Below are positions 57,604 to 64,000 of a stretch of 64,000 nucleotides of DNA, one piece after another. The stretch is from a virus: the IMG/VR virus record IMGVR_UViG_3300037585_001448, positions 1 to 64,000 of that record. The stretch is one strand, 5' to 3'. The notes under the pieces are model-generated. The model did not search any database and had not been told where the DNA came from. It saw nothing but the letters and a program-made list of their open reading frames with translations. Position 1 is the stretch's first letter, and each line of letters begins with the position of its first letter. The position numbers were made by a program, and so were the translations under genes.

Positions 57604-58002
57604 TCACGCTGCCTTCCTCTTCCGACTGGCGAGGATCTCCCCCACCCGCTCTTCGTGTTCGGACTCCCCGACCCGCCGGGCCACCTTCGCCACCCGATCA
57701 GCCTTGAACACCCGCGTCCCGCAGCCCACCTTGTCCACGCCGTTCTTCGTGTACGGGCCGTAGCACTCCACGAGTTCCCCATCGTGGGGACTCACGATGA
57801 ACCGCCGGAACTTGAACCAGCCCGGCTTGCCGTACACCCGGAACCGTCGTCCCTTCACCAGCGGGAGGGTCGCCCCGTCGTACTGGTCGTGGAACTCCCA
57901 GCCCTCTGCTTCACGCTCGGCCTGCACCTCGGCGTAATGCTGCTGGTTGATCTTGACCCACTTCGCTGCGAGCGGTCGTGGGGCCGCTATCGGTTGTGCC
58001 AT
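57604..58002 (-). CDS. Hypothetical basic protein
   Basis: AAGGAG RBS before ATG 58002. Confidence 0.55.
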   Translation of the reverse strand: MAQPIAAPRPLAAKWVKINQQHYAEVQAEREAEGWEFHDQYDGATLPLVKGRRFRVYGKPGWFKFRRFIVSPHDGELVECYGPYTKNGVDKVGCGTRVFKADRVAKVARRVGESEHEERVGEILASRKRKAA

Positions 58003-58188
58003 GTCGTCTCTCCTTTTGGCTGGTGACTTCCTTCCACAAACACATTCTAGCATCTTGAAGCACGCTGCATTTTCGGGGTTCACCCCACCAAAACCTGACC
58101 TGCGGTTATGCCCGCGCGCGAAAACTGAACATGCAGGTCACAGCGTTACGAAAAAACTTTCAGAAAGTTTGCGGCTAGACTGGGCTAC

Positions 58189-58446
58189 ATGGCAACTCTG
58201 CTGAGGCCAGACCTCCCCACACCACAACTCTCCCGCGTGTTCGGGCATCTCAAAGACGACGCCCCATACGCCGACCTTGACGACGCCACCCGGACTGCGC
58301 TGGTCGATCGCGCCATGTCCCAAGGGGTTGCCTCGTTGACACCCTCAGAGCGTCAGATGATCGAAGACACCAACACCAACAGGCTCAAGAGGCTTCGACG
58401 CGGTGGGGTCAACTACGACATGCTCACCCAGCAACGAATCGACTAG
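58189..58446 (+). CDS. Small protein, candidate immunity protein (ART-like domain)
   Basis: Leaderless after TAGACT (58176-58181); weak paralogue of the next gene. Confidence 0.45.
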   Translation: MATLLRPDLPTPQLSRVFGHLKDDAPYADLDDATRTALVDRAMSQGVASLTPSERQMIEDTNTNRLKRLRRGGVNYDMLTQQRID

Positions 58447-58449
58447 CAG

Positions 58450-58689
58450 ATGGCTACCGACCCGATCACGCTGGACCGGCAAGCAGGACGCCTCGCAGCG
58501 TTTCTTCAACCCCAGCATCGCGGTGCGCTCGCCAAGACGGTTCTCGCCACCCCACCCGGCGACGACATCGCCGAGCCGTACCGGGGATGGTTGGAAGACC
58601 CCACGACCGTTCCTGTGATCGACCTTCTCAAGCCCTCAGAGTTGACGGCAGCCGACGCCGAGTGGATTCACGACGGAACCCGCGACTAG
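58450..58689 (+). CDS. Small protein, candidate immunity protein (ART-like domain)
   Basis: Convergent with the MuF gene; stop codons overlap at CTAG 58686-58689. Confidence 0.45.
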   Translation: MATDPITLDRQAGRLAAFLQPQHRGALAKTVLATPPGDDIAEPYRGWLEDPTTVPVIDLLKPSELTAADAEWIHDGTRD

Positions 58690-61600
58690 CCGACACTGAC
58701 CCCGACGGCGCTGCGATTGAGAATGACGTAGTAGTTGCCGGGGACTTCGGTGGTCGTCACCCCGGTACTAAAGTTGTACCCCGTCAACGTGGGCTTCACT
58801 ACTTCGATGATGTCCACCCCCTGCGACGCCGCATACCTGCCGACATCCGTGTAGAGCAGTTCAACAGTCTCTCCTAGACGCTTGAGTTCGGCCATTGCCT
58901 CCTTCACCGCTGGTTCGCTGAACCACGGATGGTCTGCCCCCGCTATGTCCTTCATACTTTCAACGGGCCAGTTCCTCATGTAGTCAGGGCCGAGGATCGT
59001 GTTGCCACGCTGGATGTCGATGTCGTCATACCTTTGCATCGCTTCCGTGACGCTCAGTGTCGTCTTCTTGATTTCTTCGATCTGGCTGTTGAGCGGTTGG
59101 GCTGCTTGAAGCATTTCTTGTTCTAACGGTTCGTACAGGGCGATCTTGGCGTCAGCCTCAACAACCATTTCAACAACGGTCCCGTGTTCCCAGTCTCCGC
59201 TACCGGTACCGATCCCGAACTTTTTTGTTGCGAAGTCATCAGCGATGTCCTCAACGTCGCTGGCGTAAGTACCGTTGCCGAACAGCCCTTGTCCCACATA
59301 GGTGGTGTCGCCGGGGTCGATGAACTCTTGGACGAACTGATCGACCTCCGCTCGCTCATTGGCACCGAAGCCGCGGTACAGAACTGTGCGCCCCTCTGCT
59401 ATGGCGTCTTCCATTTCCCCAACTGTCAACTGTTGGACGCCCGCGTCAGGCCACTGGGTTTTGATGATCTCCCGCAACGCCGGGTCGTTCGATACCTTTG
59501 GGTCGTTCCAACTGAGCCGGTTGTCGCCCGTCTTCGGCATGGACTCTATGACTTCTTCTACGTTGGCTACTTCGTCAAACCACTTCTCGGGCTTCGTCGC
59601 TTCGACCACACGCCCAACCGGCTGCTGTCCTTCGTTGATGAGCCGAGCGAACTCCTCAAGATCGTCAATCGTTTCCGATAAAGCCGAGGGATCGACAACC
59701 GGTGGTCTACCCGCTGCCCGCTGCCTGATCTCGGTGAGTGTGAAGTCCAACACCTCCGGCGATTCGGCTTGGGTGACGCGAGCCGCACGGATCATGTCGT
59801 TGACTCTCCCAACCTCAGGAAAGTCTAAGAGTTCGTCGGCCATGACAACAGCGTTCCGGTTCAAGAGAAGAACCTGACTGCTGTACGCTTCATCACCAGA
59901 CGAAATAAGCGTGTCAACAACAGCGTCGTAGCCGAGCAACGTCGCGATCGCCCCATCGTCGGCACGCGAAACCTTGACACCCTTGAAGCGGCCTTGCGCC
60001 CCCTGCATTTTGTCATTGACGACCAGCCGGTAGATCGACTGGAACGCCGGGTCGTCTATCGGGTCGCCGGTTTGTTTCGCTAAAGCAACCAGACCGAACG
60101 GGTCGTCACCCGTGTACCCCAACCGGTCCAGCGATGTGCCAACAGTTTCAATACTTGCCGAAGACGGCAGCCTGCCCGAGATATGTCCCGGTAGCACATC
60201 GTCAATCGTCCGGCCCCGGATGTCTCGTAGCGCCGACACCGCAGCGGTGGACGCATCATCTATCGCAAGGTCAGCGGCAACCTCAACGATCTCTTTCGCT
60301 TGGGCACCCATCGCCTGTTCGATAAGAGCAAGGTCGCTGCCCGTGACGGTCTTTGCGTCTGGTTGGAGCGCCGCACGAAGCACACCACCCGCCTCGTCCC
60401 CGCTCCAACCCTTTGAGTACGCCGCCGCCATGTCCATCGCGGTGTCCAACCCATCGCCATCGCCAAGGGTTCGCAAACCAGCCTCCGCGGAGGTCTCGCC
60501 AGCGTTGGAGAAGAAATAGGTACCGTCGCCGTAGTGGCCGGTCCCGGTGTGGAAGTCCCCGGATTGGAGTTCTTCAAGGAACTGGATGTTCTCGTCGCCG
60601 CGCAGCAACTCCAAGCCGCCTGATTCCAACACCTCGTCCAGTTCAGCGTCGGTTACCAGTTCAGGGAGGTCGTCAAACCCTCTGGCCCTGCGAAGATCCT
60701 CCAGTTGCGCCTTGACAGCGATCGTGTTGTCAGGGTCGGTGGGGTCAACTTTGACGCGGTATCTGACCCTTGTCGGGTCAGCGCGCGCATCGTCCAGCGT
60801 CGCCAAACCGCTATCAGTGACCATCCGTTTCGCCTTGTAATAGTCACGGTCGATCATCTCTTCTAACGCTTCGCGGGCTTGGGCCTCCCACGCAACCGCT
60901 ACCTGATCCAAGTTCGCACTCGTACCGAACGGGTCCACGAGATCAACGATGTCTTCAACATCCACGACCGGGCGCACAAAGTCCGGGTTCTTAGCAAGGA
61001 AGTCGTCGTACAGGTCCGGTCGAACAATGCGTTCCGATTCCCCGGCGATCTTCTCGTACACAAGGATCGGCTTTTCGCCCTGCGCGACGTTGTTGTCCCA
61101 CAACCTGATCTCATCGAACAGGTCGTCGGCTGCCGCTTGGGGGAACACTTCCGACACGCCAGCATGGGTGTCGCGTATCACCTGCTCTGGGACACGACGA
61201 CCGCTTCGCGCCCCTCGGGCTGCTGAACGGGCCACCGCTTCTTCGGTTTCGATCGTGACGTACTCGGCTGTCACTCGGGTGGAACTGGCACGGGCCTCAG
61301 CGACCTTCTTCTGCAACTTGGCGTAAGACGAATCGCCGGTACCGTCCAAGACAATGTTGTTGCTGCCGTCCAACGCTTCGCTCATCAACTGCTTGCCCAT
61401 GTACGACGACTCTTCATGCACATACGCCGCAGCGTTCACAGACCAGTCGCCGCGCTGGTCGATGATCTGGACGTATTCGGGAATCATGTCTTTGGCTTCG
61501 TCGGCGTTGACGAGCACATGACGATCAGGTAACACAATCGTGTCGGTGTTTGTGAGGCTGGACTTACCGGACGCCGGGCCACCCCCCATGAACACAACCT

Positions 61601-64000
61601 CGTTGGATTCGGTGTAGCCGCCCTTCGCTAACTCTGCTTCGATATATGGACGGTGAACGCCCTCAACACGCGACTCAATCCACTTGCCGTCCACGGTGTT
61701 GCGGGCCATTGTGTCGATCTCTGGCACAACGTCGTAGTCGGCTTTGCGAAGAAACTTGGCGTAAGCGTCCTCGTCGTAGATTTCCAGCAAGCCATCCTTC
61801 TTGCGGAGGATCAACTGGGGTGGATCAAAGTTCGTGTCCCACAGTTTGATGTCGTCAAAGATGTTCTCGTCCAGAATGTCGGGAAAGATCCGGCTGATAC
61901 TGGAATGGGTGTCTCGCACCACCTGTTCAGGGACGTACCGGCCTGTCCTGCGGCCACGGGCTGCCGCCCGGCGTACCGCCTCTTCGGTATCGACAGTCAC
62001 ATAGTCGGCGATGACGCGCTCACCGCTGCTGTTTGCCCGCGCTGACGACACCTTGCCCCGAAGTTTCTCAATGGACGAATCCCCGGTGCCGTCAAGCATC
62101 GTGTCGCGACCCGACTGAACCGACTCGGCCATGATCTCCTTGGAAAGCATGGATGACTCTTCGTGAACGTAGGCGGCAGCCTTCGTGTTGCTTTCCTTGG
62201 AAAGCACCTTGTATTCGGGAAGGTGTCCCTTGATTTCGTCGGCGTCAACGACGACCATCGTGTCCGGGTCGAAGTCGATCAACTTTTGCCTGATCGCTGT
62301 TCCCTTCCCTGACGCTGGACCGCCACCCATGAAGTGAACGACCTGTTCGCCCGGCTCGGCAACAGGAACGTCGCCGATGATGTCGGCTGCGATGTCCCGG
62401 TGAAGTTGCCTTCGGAGTTCCCAGTATTCGCCGTCGATCTGCGTGTACGCGTCTTCGGTGCCTCCCGGTAAGCGACCCCCGAACCGGTTGTAGAGGTCGT
62501 CGTCTGTTGCCAGCCGGTACGGGTTGGGTTCTTCGGGGAACCACTCAAGGTCCGTGACACGTTTCGGATGAGGGAGGTCGTCGGCGATGTCGGCAGCGGC
62601 CCGAACCAGACGCTTCTTCTCAATGTCGTCGATGCCTATTTGCCGGGACTTCTCGTAGTAGCCCCAAATCTTGTCTTTGACATCAAGGCTGTCTGGGGTG
62701 TGGAACTGGATTTCGATGATTACGCCGTCTGGGCCTCGGAAGTTTGCGTTGATGCCGTTGTACGGGTTCTTGGCGTTGGGTTGACGCCAGTAGTTCTTCG
62801 GTCCCTTGGTGAGTTCGTAGCCTCGGTCACGCAGGTCACGCATCGCTGCGGCGACATCATCGTTGTACCGGGCTTCGTCTATGACCATCGTGTACCGAAC
62901 AGAGTCGCTTACCTCGTCGGCGACCTCGGTTACCGTTCGTAGCCGCTGCGGGAACGCTGCCGTTTCGTCTACGAAGTCGGTGGCGATCTTGCGGGCCAGC
63001 GACGCTTCTTCCTTGACGTTGAACTGGAGGCCGTACAGGTCCGCTCCGATGTCGGACGCGGTGCCCTGCACCTGAGCGGTGATGTTGCCCTGCGCCGCGA
63101 ACGCCTTCTTGTGGATTCGGGTTGCTTCCCGCCACGCCTGCTCGCGTACCGCAGCAGGGATGTCCGGTGGTGCCATGACCTGACCGGGTAGCCCCGTGGA
63201 CGGTGGAACGATCGTGTCGTACACCACGGTCCAAGTGCAACGGCAGTTCGGGTGCGCTGGGGGCAGGTCTCGGGGTTCGACCACCCAGTTGCCGCCCCTT
63301 GGGTACGCAGCGTTGAACGATCCCCCCTCAAAGGCGACGACCTTGCCGTGAAGCGGTTCACAAATCTGGCACACCTCAAACGATGAGGTGATCCACTGAC
63401 GGCCAGCACGCTGCGGGTTGAACATTCCTGCTTCGGCTGCCTGCCGGGCTGCGACCATCTTGCCTTGGTTGGAGGCTTCCATCATCTCGGTGCGGGAGAT
63501 GACACGGGTTCGATGCTCGCGGAGTTTCTTGCCGTACTTGGATGCCTCACGTTCAACGGCTTCCAACGCCTGCTCGGTGGTCTTGCCTGCTGCGACCGCT
63601 TCCGCGAACACGGTGCGGCCCCGGTTCAAGACGGCGTTGTGTTGCGGCAGCGTCAACCCGGCTACCGAAGGAGCGAGTCGTTCACCGAACTCTGCTAGGT
63701 CACCCAGCGACGGTGCCGTCTCCAACACCTCGCCGAGCATGTTCATCATGGCTTGCCTGCCGCCCTTGCCGGTTGTGCCACCGATGATGTCTTGCAGGTT
63801 CGCTCGGGTGTCCTCAGCGATGTTGGTAATCAGCCGGGCTGATTTGTTTTCGGCCCACTGTTTCCCCGCCGGGGTTTTGGTGGAGAACCCGACAGAGAAC
63901 GACGACCCCACAGGTGGCATCAACGTCACCGTCTTCGGGGTTGCTGCCTTCTGGATCTGGTTGATGGCTGTCGGGTCTGGTTTGCGTTCCAGTTGCCCTA
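58686..64000 (-). CDS. MuF minor head protein fused to RelA/SpoT-like, two zeta-like kinase and two ADP-ribosyltransferase-like domains (5' truncated)
   Basis: RTE..CQIC..PPAHPNCRC (MuF); KEEASLARK, DSVRYT, YNGIN, EIQFHT (synthetase); GGGPASGK x2 with HEESS and LDGT (zeta-like); RG..GxGxY/FGxGTY..LNR x2 (ART-like). Frame is open to base 64000. Confidence 0.85.
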   Translation of the reverse strand, partial: GQLERKPDPTAINQIQKAATPKTVTLMPPVGSSFSVGFSTKTPAGKQWAENKSARLITNIAEDTRANLQDIIGGTTGKGGRQAMMNMLGEVLETAPSLGDLAEFGERLAPSVAGLTLPQHNAVLNRGRTVFAEAVAAGKTTEQALEAVEREASKYGKKLREHRTRVISRTEMMEASNQGKMVAARQAAEAGMFNPQRAGRQWITSSFEVCQICEPLHGKVVAFEGGSFNAAYPRGGNWVVEPRDLPPAHPNCRCTWTVVYDTIVPPSTGLPGQVMAPPDIPAAVREQAWREATRIHKKAFAAQGNITAQVQGTASDIGADLYGLQFNVKEEASLARKIATDFVDETAAFPQRLRTVTEVADEVSDSVRYTMVIDEARYNDDVAAAMRDLRDRGYELTKGPKNYWRQPNAKNPYNGINANFRGPDGVIIEIQFHTPDSLDVKDKIWGYYEKSRQIGIDDIEKKRLVRAAADIADDLPHPKRVTDLEWFPEEPNPYRLATDDDLYNRFGGRLPGGTEDAYTQIDGEYWELRRQLHRDIAADIIGDVPVAEPGEQVVHFMGGGPASGKGTAIRQKLIDFDPDTMVVVDADEIKGHLPEYKVLSKESNTKAAAYVHEESSMLSKEIMAESVQSGRDTMLDGTGDSSIEKLRGKVSSARANSSGERVIADYVTVDTEEAVRRAAARGRRTGRYVPEQVVRDTHSSISRIFPDILDENIFDDIKLWDTNFDPPQLILRKKDGLLEIYDEDAYAKFLRKADYDVVPEIDTMARNTVDGKWIESRVEGVHRPYIEAELAKGGYTESNEVVFMGGGPASGKSSLTNTDTIVLPDRHVLVNADEAKDMIPEYVQIIDQRGDWSVNAAAYVHEESSYMGKQLMSEALDGSNNIVLDGTGDSSYAKLQKKVAEARASSTRVTAEYVTIETEEAVARSAARGARSGRRVPEQVIRDTHAGVSEVFPQAAADDLFDEIRLWDNNVAQGEKPILVYEKIAGESERIVRPDLYDDFLAKNPDFVRPVVDVEDIVDLVDPFGTSANLDQVAVAWEAQAREALEEMIDRDYYKAKRMVTDSGLATLDDARADPTRVRYRVKVDPTDPDNTIAVKAQLEDLRRARGFDDLPELVTDAELDEVLESGGLELLRGDENIQFLEELQSGDFHTGTGHYGDGTYFFSNAGETSAEAGLRTLGDGDGLDTAMDMAAAYSKGWSGDEAGGVLRAALQPDAKTVTGSDLALIEQAMGAQAKEIVEVAADLAIDDASTAAVSALRDIRGRTIDDVLPGHISGRLPSSASIETVGTSLDRLGYTGDDPFGLVALAKQTGDPIDDPAFQSIYRLVVNDKMQGAQGRFKGVKVSRADDGAIATLLGYDAVVDTLISSGDEAYSSQVLLLNRNAVVMADELLDFPEVGRVNDMIRAARVTQAESPEVLDFTLTEIRQRAAGRPPVVDPSALSETIDDLEEFARLINEGQQPVGRVVEATKPEKWFDEVANVEEVIESMPKTGDNRLSWNDPKVSNDPALREIIKTQWPDAGVQQLTVGEMEDAIAEGRTVLYRGFGANERAEVDQFVQEFIDPGDTTYVGQGLFGNGTYASDVEDIADDFATKKFGIGTGSGDWEHGTVVEMVVEADAKIALYEPLEQEMLQAAQPLNSQIEEIKKTTLSVTEAMQRYDDIDIQRGNTILGPDYMRNWPVESMKDIAGADHPWFSEPAVKEAMAELKRLGETVELLYTDVGRYAASQGVDIIEVVKPTLTGYNFSTGVTTTEVPGNYYVILNRSAVGVSVG

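Larger units (their letters stand above)
37934..64000 (-). mobile_element. Phage B: partial siphovirus morphogenesis arm
   Basis: Second, unrelated capsid gene, plus neck, tail tube, chaperone frameshift and 1397-aa tape measure. Runs off the right edge of the window. Confidence 0.85.

Noticed and set aside
63900-63929. ORF-track start of the MuF gene at 63929
   Set aside because: The frame stays open to base 64000, so the true start is probably outside the window.

Overview
The window is entirely phage DNA, GC-rich, with a probable Actinomycetota host, and it holds two different phages joined at a shared tail-tip gene cassette. Phage A (1-37,806) looks like a complete, circularly permuted ~37.8-kb podovirus-like genome. 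Its minus-strand late arm encodes terS, a split terL, portal, scaffold, major capsid protein, tail tubular proteins, a tail-tip cassette, ejection proteins, amidase and holin. Its plus-strand early/replication arm encodes a GP88-like protein, DUF932, a PD-(D/E)XK exonuclease, a DnaB-like helicase, an AEP primase, RusA and a sigma-like HTH protein; I found no polymerase or integrase. Bases 1-127 are repeated exactly at 37,807-37,933, which closes the circle and suggests a k=127 assembly 'lasso' chimera. Phage B (~37.9-64 kb, partial) is a siphovirus morphogenesis arm: XkdF-like protease, scaffold, capsid, neck, a Com-like Zn finger, two tail-tube paralogues, a frameshifted tail chaperone, tape measure and tail tip. 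The strongest candidate novel system is a >1747-aa MuF head protein with five tandem toxin-like domains (a RelA/SpoT-type alarmone synthetase, two zeta-like kinases and two ADP-ribosyltransferase-like domains). It is accompanied by four small candidate immunity genes in two separately promoted pairs, which flank an inserted DUF2786 + HEXXH (Rv0184/Rv0185-like) operon. Other signals include a TGTACA-N-TGTACA operator-like motif at nine sites, a G-quadruplex at a strand-skew switch, CCATG iteron-like arrays, and a small protein resembling the ribonucleotide reductase C-terminal tail. All family assignments are by eye from motifs; no searches were run.
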